A DNA stretch of 64,000 nt from Hydrolagus colliei. Its lineage: Eukaryota. This document shows, piece after piece, positions 50,463 to 63,643 of the stretch; position 1 is the first letter of the stretch, and each line of letters begins with the position of its first letter. The stretch is taken from contig CM068745.1 of the NCBI GenBank assembly GCA_035084275.1, positions 61,194,001 to 61,258,000 on the forward strand, read 5' to 3'. Under the pieces are notes generated by a model that searched no databases, was not told the origin of the DNA, and worked only from the letters and a program-made list of their open reading frames with translations. Both the position numbers and the translations under genes were made by a program.

Positions 50463-50960
50463 TTTCTTTGGAATATATTCTAAGCCACCACTTCAGGATG
50501 CTAAATGCTACACTGCATTTGCATATCTGTCGTAAAGAGTTAAAGGGCTGATCAATTGGCTATCATTTTCCCAAATCAAAATCATAGCCAGAGCAAAAAA
50601 AACTACACCAGAAACCCTGATGGCTATGAATATTATTCAATGAGGAGCTGAATCATATAGATGTCAAAGATCTCAGATTCATTTCATGGGCTGTACACTG
50701 TTAGGTAATATCATTAGTTTAGCAGTCAGGGTGCTACACAATCAGTCCGATAGCTTTTACATTTCACAAGGTAAAATCAGCTATTGTTTCTACTCCTAAT
50801 TGTGTTTGTGTGAGTGTATGTGCAAGGGTGCTCGATACCCAGGTTTCATTATTGTTTTAATACTGAAGTTTTACCAGTTGTATATTGGAACCACATCCAA
50901 TGAGTTCAATAATTATGGGCCTCCTTCTTAATAATAATAATAATCCTCGCATTTGATAAA

Positions 50961-51265
50961 CAGTAAAATCTCAATAATCCAACATTCTGAAAGCGAGCAA
51001 CTCCCTAAAGATTTCAAAACACATATAGTATTCAATTTTTTTCTGACGTCCGGCAAATCTATCGAAGTTTGGAACAGCTGCAAGGAGTTCACGACATCGT
51101 CGCTCAGGCATATGCCACTCAGGTATCTTTTCACTTCAGTATTTTGTTTTACAACACACGGTGGGACTTACCCAGCCATTTCTAGGTAAGTTTCTAAATA
51201 CCAGCAAACTCCGAAATCTAGGAGGTGTGTGATCCCAACCATGCCGGATTATCGAGGTTTTATTG
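50961..51265. mobile_element. pogo/Tigger-type MITE inserted in a SINE tail
   Basis: TIR CAGTAAAATCTCAATAATCC / rc CAATAAAACCTCGATAATCC; flanks rejoin to GCATTTGATA-TA-GCGC. Confidence 0.75.
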
Positions 51266-52084
51266 TAGCGCCTCATCACATGTATACTGTAAAGTGATTT
51301 GACTATGTATTTTGGTGGAAATATACCTAAATGTATCAAAATATAAAGGGGAACATCGTAATGAAACCCAATAGTTGATCACCAAGGTTGATGGATTTAC
51401 TCACAGATGAAATAACCCACAAACCACCAGCATATGTGGGGAATTCCATGGCAGGTGCGTTTAGTTTTGTGTCAAATATCAACACAATAACAGCACATAC
51501 ATTGAGCAAGGTAGAAATTTGCTCTACTTACTGAACAGTCTCAAACTAGTCAACCAAGAAAGTCAAACTAACATTATGTAAATCATATCATTGAGAAGCT
51601 TACAATCTATTTGACATGAGCTGAACTCCAGATTCTCCATCCTGGCTGTGCTCTAGACAGCCACTGAATTCAACACCTCAGTTGAGAGGCCAAGCTGCAC
51701 ATTAAATTAACTGGGCCAGCCTGTTCTTCAGGTGGATGTTAAACACCCCATGGCACTATTCCAGGGCGAAACCTTAGGCAAGTTGCCTTACTCCACACAC
51801 GTGATAATAATTTGAATCCTCAAATGGCTGCCGTGTTTTGCCCACAAATACAATCAATTTACTTTACAGTATATTCTGTGAAGCGTTTTGAGACATCTAG
51901 AAGACGTGAAAAGTGCTATATCAAATGCAAGGATTATTATGATTTTTTTTTCCCAAAGAATAGTGGCCTAGCCAACAATATCCCAGAGAAAAAACTATGG
52001 TTGTTCACTTTCATGGCTGTTTGTGAGAAACAGTATTATTGTGTGCAAATTGGCCACTGCAAAAACTTATTTTACGAGGTCACA

Positions 52085-52465
52085 TAGAATCATATAATTT
52101 TTTAACACAAATGGAGGCCATTCGGCCCGTCATGTCTGTGCCTTCTCTTTGAAAAGAGCTATTCAAAGGCAATCCCACTCCGCGGCTCTCTCCCCATAAC
52201 CCCACAAACTTGTCCTCCCGAAATAATCATCCACCTCTCTTTTAAAAGTTGTTATCGAATTGGCCTCCAACACATTTTCAGGCAATGCATTCCAGGTTTG
52301 AACAATTCGCTGCATGATAAAATTTCTCCTCACCTCCCTTCTGCTTCTTTTAGAAGTCTGTAACTTCGAATCACTGACACACCCACCAGTGGAAACAATT
52401 TTCCCCTGTTTACCCTATCAAATTTCCTCATGATTTTGAAAACCTCTATTAGATCTCTTCCCAGT
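52085..52465 (-). mobile_element. CR1 3' end fragment
   Basis: CATAGAATCAT tail; GGAGGCCATTCGGCCC..CTCTTTGAAAAGAGCTATTC. Confidence 0.8.
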
Positions 52466-53303
52466 CTCTGTAAGTATAGCTGGGGTAAAACACAGACCGG
52501 ATTGAGAGAGGCTATTTCTCACAATGAGGAGAAAATTCAATGTGTAATTCCCTAATTATCACCAAAGATAGTATCTCATTGTGTGGTCAAAAGCAGTCAA
52601 TAGTTATCAGATAGGGGTGAACACTATCCCTGACTTTGGCAGAATTATGGGGCTTGAATCAGTACATCAGTTCTGATCTGTGTTCTTACTAATTGTGAGG
52701 AAATGCTGTGGTTCCCAGCAACATTTCAGTACTGCTTCATAAGATACCAGCTTTCCAAGCATGATTAGGAATATAACACCAAGGCACAAACCTCAGACTA
52801 ATGCAGTGAAGGGTGGAATCACTGGTCAGTCGATTTCTTGCATCCTTTCTGATTCCCTCTGCAATTTACTGATAAGGGCATCAGACCACTGTAATAAAAA
52901 TACATTTTCTGTTATGATGGTCTGTTTGTTTTTGGAAAAGTTCCATAATATATTCCAGTCACCATTGTGCCATTCAATTGTCATGTCTGTTTCTTACAAT
53001 CCAAAAGCTATTGGTAAATGTACAGATGTAACAAACATTTGTTATCTGCATTGATAATTTTACTGGACTAGCAACCAGAAAGTCATGGGATCAAATCCCG
53101 CCATAGCTGTTGCATAATTTTATTTAAGGAAATAGCATGGTGTGCTACTGATAGAAAGTACTGATTTCACCCACAAATACTGTTTACAGTCGATTTTCCT
53201 ACCCTTCTTCATCCTGCCCCTACCCCCACTGCTCTTGTCCCTACCTGACTGTACAGTGACTTGGAATGTCCTCTCCGTGAAAGGCGCTATATAAATGTAA
53301 GTT

Positions 53304-53328
53304 TTGATTGATTGATCGACCGACCGAC

Positions 53329-53360
<32 letters not shown>
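53304..53360 (+). repeat. (GATT)n microsatellite with embedded (GACC)n, as tail of a short L2 end
   Basis: Follows CCGTGAAAGGCGCTATATAAATGTAAG. Confidence 0.9.
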
Positions 53361-53479
53361 AGTGCTGCAGAAACTGTCCACCATCAATTACTTCATAGCA
53401 TTTGACAGCCCCATGACCACCATTACCCAAAGGAATAAGAACACCATGGTGCCCCCATATCCATATTCCATCAAAAATA

Positions 53480-54230
53480 TTTCAAGCTACGAGTTTACAA
53501 GATCATAATATTTGTTTGGATGAAGAAAGCCTTTCAATCTGTTTGATCTCATCTATTCAGAATACCCAGACTGTTGTACTCCCATCACAGCATCAAGCTT
53601 TTTTTTAAATGAGCCCAGTGTGATTAATTACCCTTTGGATGAAGAAAAACTTCCTGGTATCTGTCTTGAAATTGCACTTCCGACATGAAGGATGATAAGT
53701 ACAGTAATTTGCAAATTGTTGTTATTGGAAATGCCTGCTACAATTCCAAACCTATGTCCTGTGTTCTATTGTGCATCCTAAATTATGAGTTTACTTTCTC
53801 AATCCTATTTACCATGTCTCCTATGTGTTGCTTTTTCTCAACTCTCAAGAGCCCTAGCTTCCCTAGCTTGTTTAATCACTCATCATAACTCATTCTTTAT
53901 ACCTTCACCAGTTCTTAGAAATCCTTACATCTCCATCAGATTCCAGTCTGCTCTTATATCTTCACAAAATCCCATTATACCCTTACACCTTCACCAGACA
54001 TGTCAGTTCTAGTATTATTCTCATATGCATACATTATACAGTACTATTTCCATTGCTGTGATATCCTTTTTATAGTGTGAAGACCAGAATTGGACACAAT
54101 TTTCAATTGAGGTTCAACCAAGTTATTATATACATTCAATATCACCTCATCACTTTTATATTCTATCCGTCTGGATATAAAGCCCAAGACCATATTGGCA
54201 TTTTTATAGCCTTACCAACTGCATAGTTAC
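53480..54230 (-). mobile_element. Old CR1 fragment
   Basis: rc gives LVEPQLKIVSNSGLHYKKDI (VRPQLEYCVQFWSPHY-like). Confidence 0.6.
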
Positions 54231-54567
54231 TTTGAGAGATTATATGTAGATACTTAGTAAAATCAAGATAGCCTTCTATCTTGAGTAGAATCATAGCCAA
54301 AATACATTAAATTGAAGTCTTGCCTTTTTGGGGGGAATCACATGGTTTCAGTTTCTTGCTGATGTATATTAACGAGCAACGATTGCCATACTGGCAGCGG
54401 CCACCATGACTGTGCAGTTGGTAGTCAGCTGTGGTTGTGAGTCAAAGCAATCATATTACTGAAATGTTGGAACACCCATGTGCTTATTCCCAAATGGCAG
54501 AATTCTACAGGAACATTTCTATTTGAAAAAGCAGCAAAATGATTAATAATACTTGATTATAATGTAT

Positions 54568-56128
54568 TATTATCAACCTGTCCCTTTCATCTAGCACCGT
54601 TCCCACTCCCCTCAAAACTGCCACTATCATCCCCATCCTAAAAAAACCTTCCCTTGATGTGTCGCAGCTCTCCAGCTACCGGCCCACCTCCAACCTCCCT
54701 TTCCTTTCCAAGGTCCTCAAAAGAGTGGTTGCCTCCCAGCTCCGCTCTTTCCTCTCAACCCACTCACATTTTGAACACCTCCAATCGGGTTTCTGCCCTT
54801 CCCACAGCACGGACACTGCTCTGGTCAAGGTCACAAACGACATCTTGACCATCTGTAACAAAGGCTCCCTCTGTCTCCTCCTCCTCGATCTGTCCACCGC
54901 CTTTGACACCGTAGACCACGCAATCCTCCTCTACCGCCTCTCCTCCCTCCTCAACCTTCAAGGCTCTGTTCTTGATTGGCTCCAGTCATATCTTTCACAC
55001 CACTTCATCTCCTCCAACGGCTTTTCCTCACACAGTCTCATGTGACATGCTGCAGGGCTCTGTCCTCGGCCCTATGCTCTTCACCCTCTACGTGCTCCCT
55101 CTGGGTGACATCATCTGCAGATATGGGATAAAATTCCACATGTACGTGGATGACACCCAACTCTACCTTTCCGCTTCTACCCTCGATTACAGGACTACTG
55201 GCGTCCTGACTGCTTGTATGTCTGACATTGAGTCCTGGACGAGGGACAATTTCCTCCAACTTAATGTCAACTAGGCGGAGGCCCTCCTGAACGGCTCGCG
55301 TCAGTGCCTCCGCACCTCAGGCGCAGACAACATCAGCATTCAAGACTGCTCTCTCCACCTCTCGAAGTGAGTCAGGAATCTTGGCATCTTGTTTGACCCA
55401 GAACTGTTCTTCCACTCCCATATCTCCGCCATGACCGGTACAGCCTTCCACCATCTCCGTAATATTGCCAGACACTGCCACTACCTCAACTCCCCACACT
55501 GCCGAAACTCTCATTCACGCATCCATCACCTAGACTTGATTACGGGAACTCTCTCCTCATCAGCCTTCCCAGCTCCTCCATTCACAAGCTGCAGATTAAC
55601 CAGAACTCTGCAGCCCGTGTATTCTCCTACACCAGGCTCCGCAACCACATCACGCCCATCCTCACCCATCTCCACTGGCTCCCCATCTCCCAGAGGATCA
55701 AATTCAAGATCCTCGTCCTCACTTTCAAGGCCATTCGTTGCTTTGTCCCCGCCATCTCTCCGACCTACTGTCTCCCTATCAGCCTGCCCGCACCCTGTGT
55801 TCAGCAGACTCAGGCTAGCTTCGTGTCCACCACGCTAACCGCCCAACCATCAGTGACCGGGCTTTCAGCCTCTCTGCTCCCACACTGTGGAACTCCATCC
55901 CATAGCCCCTCCACCTCGCTTCCTCCCTTTTCTCCTTTAAGGCCACTTTCAAAACCTTCCTCTTCGACCGCGCCTTCGGCTCCCCCCCAAACTCTTCCCC
56001 CTCTCCTACTTCCCGTTCCCCCTACTCCGACCACTGCCCCGCTCTGGTCCCGACCTGATTGTTCAGCACCTTGGGACGTCCTTCCGATCTGAAAGGCGCT
56101 CTAAAAATGTAATTTTGTTGTTGTTATT
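54568..56128 (+). mobile_element. L2 LINE 1.55 kb, RT core disrupted
   Basis: SSYRPTSNLPFLSKVLKRVV..LLDLSTAFDTVDH..QGSVLGP..YVDDTQLY; tail GATCTGAAAGGCGCTCTAAAAATGTAATTTTGTTG. Confidence 0.93.
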
Positions 56129-56149
56129 ATAAACCCATCGGTCACTCCA

Positions 56150-56283
56150 AATCCCCTCCTTTCCCTCCACTCTCTCTGATCCCAATCCCAGCTTTGGTCT
56201 GAAACATTGACTGTTCAGCACCTTTGGACGTCCTTCCGATGTGAAAGGCACTAAGCAAATGTAATTTTGTTGTGGTTATTGTT
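56150..56283 (+). mobile_element. Second L2 tail directly downstream
   Basis: GACTGTTCAGCACCTTTGGACGTCCTTCCGATGTGAAAGGC..ATGTAATTTTGTTG. Confidence 0.8.
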
Positions 56284-56286
56284 GTA

Positions 56287-56615
56287 CAGTGAAAGCCCGT
56301 TTATCCGGCACCCTTGGGACCTGCCCGTTAAAGTGCCTGCTGGATATTCGGCCGAAAATGATATTCGGCTGAANNNNNNNNNNNNNNNNNNNNNNNNNNN
56401 NNNNNNNNNNNNNNNNNNNNNNNNNNNNNNNNNNNNNNNNNNNNNNNNNNNNNNNNNNNNNNNNNNNNNNNNNNNNNNNNNNNNNNNNNNNNNNNNNNNN
56501 NNNNNNNNNNNNNNNNNNNNNNNCCGGATAAATTCCAGTTAATCGAATGTGGACCTTTTTGCCAATTAGACGGAAGTTACAGTTGATCGGGTGCCAGATA
56601 AATGGGCTCTTACTG
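56287..56615. mobile_element. pogo/Tigger-type MITE spanning the assembly gap
   Basis: TA-flanked TIR CAGTGAAAGCCCGTTTATCCGGCACCC / rc CAGTAAGAGCCCATTTATCTGGCACCC. Confidence 0.85.
56374..56523. other. Assembly gap (150 N)
   Basis: Direct read; true length unknown. Confidence 0.99.
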
Positions 56616-58796
56616 TACTGTATTTGAACCTTGAACCAATTTCAACAACCAGTACTTTTTAGTGAATGCTTTACTGCTCATCATTTTTCTTTTTTACTTC
56701 ATTATTTTGCCTCCTTCGCCCCCTCGGTTATTAATTTTGGAAGTATCTCCTCAGGTTTCTTTCATTTGATCCTTTTTACCTATTTTCTGAGCTCACAGTA
56801 CTTTCTTTACTTGTTTCTGCCCTCTGATCTCTCAACTTTCTGCCGTGACCCAGTATCCTAGTTTTTATCCATTATTGTAGTACTCTAGGCTCAAACTTTC
56901 TCATAGCCTTGGCCTTAAGACCATCCGGCTTCACAAAATATGCCTTTGTAAATTAATTATCTAATAAACCTGAATCCTTCTAGTTTCCTGGAACATGCTT
57001 TTTTTAAAAAAAATGATTTCCTGTTCTTCTTCCTGTGCTGGTAATTTGTTTCACATGCCTATCATCCTCGTGGTTGAAGCACATATTGCAGACTTGTCCT
57101 GCACGATATTTTGATCCAATTCTTTTGTTTCTCTGACAGTATATCCAGGTTCAACTATCATTTTGGAGGGAAATCGCTTCATCAAAATTAATTTAATTTG
57201 CACAAAACCTTCTGAGGCAAGTCTAGATCTCTGGCCACATCTGGTTTGCCACCACTTTTGTTATGTAACCACTTGTATATTGAAGCCACTTGATTATACC
57301 GTTGCCATCTTATTGGAAGCTTTGGCTACCACGGTAGTTTCCGCTTTTTCTGTAAACGATTCTGTAAAAGAACCGCTGTCAAAGTAAACAGGAAGTCCAA
57401 GATGTGGGCTGATTCTCAATTGACTCATAACAGCAAGAAACAATCACCAACAATGGATCTACCACCATAAATAATTATATTCATTGTACTTGGTATAATG
57501 TTTTTCATAACAAGGGGAAGTCTGAAAACACTGCTCAGGATTTACTGGAAGTAGACTGCCGTGGAGTGTCCTGTGCCCATCTCAGAGTGGACTGTGACCA
57601 AAGGGTAGACCAGTGATATAATATATAAGCAAACCCAGCTGCCAATTTTTCAGTGTCCCACAGACAGTCATGAAGTGAATCAATAATTTTATCCAAAGGA
57701 TATCTGTAAACATCTACAAAACAAAGCAAGGTAAGACTTAAGACTTTTTTTTAATTAAGTGGATCCTACATTAGTATCTTCATTAACAGTGTGTACTTTC
57801 ACTGTGATGTCCCTATACCTTGTATATTTAGTTATTGCAGATATAAAACCAACTGTTTGTATTCTATTATATACATTGATTTCATATTGTTCCAAGTTGC
57901 TTATATTGTAAGTTAGCTATGATTTGAAAAGCTCTATATCAAATGCAAGGATTATTATTACTATTTTAAGGTTTTTGTTCTCAAGCTTGCTCTCTATCAA
58001 CAATGTGTTAGATTACCACGGGCATATCTGACATTTTGTCAGGGTTATGTCCAGAATCATTGGATGTCAGTTTGGCTCTGTTGGTAGCACTCTTTCAGAC
58101 TCTCAGGGTCTGAAAGTTATGGATTCAAGCTGTGCATCAGAACTTTGAAGTTACAATCTAAGCTAACAATGGCAGGGTAGTGCTGGAGATGCACTACGTT
58201 GTCAGAAGTGCTTTTCTTTGGATGAAATAGTAACTCGGATTAAACAATTGTCTGAGCTACCCATGTTTCATTATATACGGGGGAAACATAGGTACTGAAC
58301 ATGGCCTGTAAGATTTATTGTCATGTTTGAAAAAATCTGTGAAATAATTGTAATTCTTCAATTTGATATAGAGTCTTTCCACATTATTGAGATATCTCAA
58401 AGCACTTCAGAGTGCTACTGTAAAGTGATATCACTGTTTGTATTTTATGGATGAATGAAGATAAAATGCAGAATTAATACACTAAGTTGTGTATTCTTTC
58501 GGAAGAATTATCCTCGAGTGTTTCCTTTGAAGTCAATCATGGATCATGATAAGTCAATGGCAGAGTGGGAAAACAATTAAAGCATCACTGATAATGTCTG
58601 TACCTTTTGTAGTATTCAGCTGGTTGATATTGTAATGTGTAGCTGTTTAGGGACTCCGTGATTGCTCAAAAATCAAATAAAGTTTATTTCTGAGTGGTCA
58701 CTGTCATAAATCTTCCATTAGTAAATGTTTGCACAATCCTGAATTACACCACAGACCAATTTAGCCTACTGAGCATTCCTTACTGGCATTCCCCAC

Positions 58797-59692
58797 TGTT
58801 GGGATTTCCGATCCCAAGAGTTCAAATGATGATCCAACAATCCTTAATAAAAGCTATGGTTTTTAATATATATAAACTCACACAGTGTGAAATACAGACT
58901 GGTTAAAATACAGAGGTATACTACTGGTTAAAACAGGATTCAGCTGAATCGAACGTCGGTTGGTCTCAAGATGGTGTTTGTTCTGTCTGCTGCTGTGCTC
59001 ACGCCTTTTCTGGACTGGTCCTGCAGGTCTACAGGTCTAACAGATCTAACTGATCTTGCAGGTCTAACTGATCTAACTCTGCCTGTAAAACAAAACAACT
59101 GGAACCATGACCTGTTCCAGTAGTTCTGGACAACAGCGACAGGCTGGAGATCTCAGTTTACCCTGAGACACTCCCCAACTGTTGTAATGAGCCACTCTTT
59201 CTCTTCTCTCTTTATACCCAGAAATCCTCCTGACCCTTGACCAGTCCAAATCTTACCCTCATCTCTGATGTTCTAACATCTTCTTTGTCTTGTCTAATGA
59301 TATTAATGGGAGTTGCAGAGAAATGTAAACATAGTACCCTCCTTATCTTAGTACCAATCAAGAGAAGAACACTCTGTTTATGCTAACCTCCTTAGCTGAC
59401 ATTCTTCCTGGCTGGTACCAAGATTTGTGGTCCCATCATTCGTCCCGTTCTTTGTCCTGTTCAACTTGGGACAGGAGGGAGTCTTGTTTACATTACTCTA
59501 CTGTCTGTACAGAGTTGTTCGTTTACACTCGAAGATGTTAGATACGCATTCCATTCTCCCAATCCTAGCTTCAAAACTTTTCCTCATGTCCAGATGGCCC
59601 TTACCTCATACTTGCCAAATCAAGGGTCATAAACTGGTACTGTCCAGTTTATGGTGCCCATACGTTTTAACCATACCCATCAGTTTCCAACA
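58797..59692 (-). mobile_element. Solo LTR (896 bp)
   Basis: TGTTGG...CCAACA termini, 4-bp TSD CCAC (58793-58796, 59693-59696); on - strand TATAAA (59211-59216) and ATTAAA (58862-58867); internal GGTCTAACTGATCT repeats. Confidence 0.85.
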
Positions 59693-59949
59693 CCACTGAT
59701 TCAGTTACTCTCTGCAATAAATTTGAGATATTGTGATAGTATCATTATTTGGAACAGTAGAAAATATGAGTTAAAACAATTTGACCAAAAGAAAAATACA
59801 GTATTAATATTGGTTAACGCTGATGAACCAGAAATGGAGAATACTCTGCACTTCTTCAAATGCCTGTCAATTCCCATATGTGATCTGTGGCCTATCATTG
59901 AGTGTAATTTTAAACAATGAGCTTCAGGAGGCTGAACAGTTATGACATG

Positions 59950-60408
59950 GAGTCCTGTGACATAGTGGTTAGAGCACTTGCCTCTCAAGCAAGAAGGATG
60001 CAAATTCACTTCCCAGGCGGGCGGGACAAAACCTTAGGTCAAATTTCCTTACTCCTGAGAACTAACCCTGACCTATTTTCTCCCTCCCCAGCATAAGGAT
60101 ACAAAAATCAATTGTAATATCCCTATCATCAGAGCCTTCTGTTTACTTAGCAGTAAGTAGGAATCCAGTTGTTAGTCAATTAGCAGATCATGTTCCAGGG
60201 ATAATTCCTTCAAAAACAAACTAATAACAATAAAATAGTCACGTCAATCCACAAATGTTTGTGGGACGCTGCTGTACACATTTAGCCACTGAATTTTGCC
60301 AACAATAATATGCAGTTAATTCACTTTACAATATATTTTGTGAAGTGCTTTGAGGTGTCTCCAAAATGTGATAAGGAGTTATATCAAATGCAAGGTTTAT
60401 TATTATTA
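59950..60408 (+). mobile_element. Deu-SINE with an internal insertion of about 140 bp
   Basis: GAGTCCTGTGACATAGTGGTTAGAGCAC head; Deu core from about 60230; (ATT)n tail. Confidence 0.8.
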
Positions 60409-61935
60409 TAAGAACATAAGAACATAAGAATTAGGAGCAGGTGTAGGCCATTTGGCCCTTCGAGCTTGCTCCGCCATTCAATAAGATCATGGCTGATCTT
60501 CTCACCTAACTTTGATTACCTGCCCTATCCCCATATCCCCTAATCCCTCTATTTTTCAAAATTCTATCAGTCTCAGCCTTGAAAATGTTCAAGGACTGAG
60601 CATGTACAGCCTTCTGGGGTAGTGAATTCCATAAATTCACTAACCTCTGAGTGAAGAAATGTTTCCTCAACTCTGTTTTAAAAGGCTGACCCTCAATTTT
60701 AAGACTGTGAGCCCTGGTTATAGATTCTCCTACCAGTGGAAACAGTCCCTCAGTGCCTACTTTATCTAGCCCTTTAAGAATCTTATATGTTTCAATAAGA
60801 TCTCCCCTAATTCTTCTGTACTCTGCTCTAGTTTATTCAACCTATCCCAGGAACTAACCTAGTGAATCTACACTGCACCCCCTCTAAGGCAAGTATGTCC
60901 TTTTTTAAATAAGGAGACCAAAACTGCACACAATACTCTAGGTGCGGTCTCACCAAAGCCCTATACAGTTGCAGCAAGACTTCCCTATTCTTATACTCTA
61001 AACCTTTTGAAATGAACGCTAGCATGGTGTTCACCTTCTTAGTTGCTTGCTGCACCTGCAAACTAACTTTTTGGGACTGGTGTACAAGGATACCCAAATC
61101 CCTTTGAATACTAATACTATCTAACTTCTCCCCCTCCAGAAAATAATTTATTATTTTATTCTTGCTACCTAGGTGAATAATTTCACACTTGCCAGCATTG
61201 AATTCCATCTGCCACCTACTTGCCCACTCCCCTAACCTATCTATATCTTGTTGCAGTCTTTTTGCATCATCCTCAGAGCTCACTCGCCTACCTAGTTTAA
61301 TGTCACCCGCGAATTTAGACACATTACATTCAATGTTCTCAACTAGATCATTGATGTAAATAGTAAATAGCTGAGGCCCAAGCACTGATCTTTGTGGCAC
61401 TCCACTAGTTACATCCTGCCAATTCGAGAATGTTCCATTTATCGCTACTCTCTGCTTTCTACCCGATAGCCACTCTTCTATCCATGTTAATATGTTTCCA
61501 TTAATCCCGTGGGCCTTAATCTTGAGTAACAGCCTTTTGTGTGGCACCTTGTCAAATACCTTCCTAAAATCCAAATATACCACATCCACTGGTTCCCCCT
61601 TATCCAACCTGCTGGATACATCCTCAAAAAATTCTAAAAGATTAGTCAAGCATGACTTCCCTTTTGTAAAGCCATGTTGACTCTGCCTAATCTTTTTATG
61701 GTCTTCAAGGTATCTCATAACTACGTCTTTTATTAAGGACTCAAGAATTTTCCCTACAACTGACGTCAGACTAACTGGTCTATAGTTTCCCATATTTTCT
61801 CTCCCACCCTTCTTAAATAGTGGAGTTACGTTTGCAATCTTCCAATCAATGGGAACTTTTCCAGTATCCACAGAATTTTGGAAGATTATAGACATGCCAT
61901 CCACTATCTCAGTAGCCACCTCCTTTAAAACTCTA
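60408..61935 (-). mobile_element. CR1 LINE with a 360-codon stop-free RT segment (60837-61919), catalytically dead
   Basis: NYRPVSLTSVVGKILE, QHGFTKGKSCLTNLLEFF, VYLDFRKVFDKVPH; FADD mutated to FAGD; (CATAAGAA)n tail on +. Confidence 0.95.
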
Positions 61936-63643
61936 TCAGCAGAGATCAGTTAATTAAATCGAAGAACAGGAATGAACCTGGGCCTTCTAAATGCTCAATA
62001 TCCCATGGCTCAGAGAGAAGTAAATTCTGTATTTGAATTTGAACTAACTTTGTATTTTTAATTCAGTTTGCCCTCAGGTTCTCTCATTGTAGTTTAATGC
62101 TGATTGATCTCATAATGAATGCAGAAAACATATGAACTATTAACTTCCTGACAGGAAATGTATATTGAAACTTCTTTGAAATTTACATAGCTGTGTACAA
62201 CCTCTTTTTTGTACTTAACACGCACTTCAATTCAATCACACTACCAACAGTAGTTGAAACAGAACACACTTTGAACTGTGTATTGGAATGTTACGGTGAA
62301 AGAATGGAGTCTACAGAATATTACTGATTATTTTTATTTGGATTATTTTTAAAATAATAACTCCTATGCCTGGGTAAGTTGCTGTCTACAAAACATTCTC
62401 TGTGGTATTAATAATAATTCTTGCATTTGATAATAATAATCTTTTCAGTTGATGTAGCACTGTTCATGTCAGGAGGATGCCTCAACCTGCTTCATAGAAA
62501 ATGTTGTGAAGTGTAAGGGCTGTACATTTTAAGGGCAAACACAAATATCTCACAAACAGCTATGAAGTTAGTAACAAATTCTATTTAGGGGGTTGTTGGC
62601 AAGGATACCTGGAGAAGACCCCTTTTCTCTTTGAATAAGATTTAGTAAGTACAGTGGAATGGATTAGAAATATTGTATGTATGACCTTATATTCTTGTAT
62701 CAAATGTTTGTACCTCGTTAGAATCGTATACAATGCACAGTACTTGGAATCACATAGTCTAAACCAGAATGGTCCAACTGGCAACCCAGGGCCACATCAA
62801 GGCTAGGAGTTAATTTCATCAAGCCCTCTTAACCATTTCTAACTTCATTGTATTACCTCCCTGCTGTGCCTCTCTTCTGTTTGGCCCCAGAGCTGCCTCA
62901 TACCTAGTACAGTATAACCTTGTGAGAGACTGGCATGGAGAACAAAAGGTAGAAAGGCCCAGCAGAGGACTTTTAAAATTGTATTGTTGCATATTTTGCT
63001 ACTCTAAAATGCGAGCCCTATGAGTCTTAGTAAGAAATGGAAGGTAGATGTGAAGACATTGGAGCTCTGGTTCAAGAGAAAGAGCTTCCATAGTGTTATT
63101 ATTTTGTTTGTTGTTAGGTCTATTAAATGATATGCATTTGAATTCACTTAATTATTAGTTTCACTTTCAATATTTACTCTGCATTTAATGATTTTTCTTG
63201 GATATATGTACTTTATTGATAAAAGTACTATTATTTTAAAAGGTGTATGAATCTTTTCATTACCTATTTAAAGTTTGCATTGTAACTAAACTATCTATAG
63301 CTATAACCTATTTTTGTAGAGGTTGAGTTTCATTGCTAATAAAAAAAAGCTTCATTGTTACTAAAGGTATATGGAGAAAATTATTTTCGGCTCACCTTGA
63401 AGAGTTAGTTTGTATTTTTGAAGAGTAAATAAGCTTTTGAGATATTCCCCTTCCCAGCTCCCCATAATGTCCATTTTTCTACAATTTTTGATCTGTTTAT
63501 CATTTCCTTTCATTTCTACCATACCTTGCCATCTCCTCCCTCCTGCCTTGCATTGGTTTAAATCCTTGCCCACAGCACTATTATTTCTCCCAGAAATGAC
63601 TGGTCCTAGCCCTGCTCAGATGCAGTCTGTCCATCCTTTAGGG

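Noticed and set aside
56631-57050. Lys/Glu-rich antisense stretch as a transposase remnant
   Set aside because: It has many stops and no motif I can name.
58828-58840. 13-mer TGATGATCCAACA shared in opposite orientation by the two solo LTRs
   Set aside because: There is no other similarity and the TSD lengths differ; likely coincidence.
59020-59085. Short interspersed direct repeats resembling a CRISPR array
   Set aside because: They are irregular, have no unique spacers, lie inside an LTR, and the context is eukaryotic.
60837-61919. 360-aa ORF as an active reverse transcriptase or host gene
   Set aside because: It is a 5'-truncated CR1 with no endonuclease, the catalytic FADD is mutated to FAGD, and the reading frame is broken further toward the 3' end.
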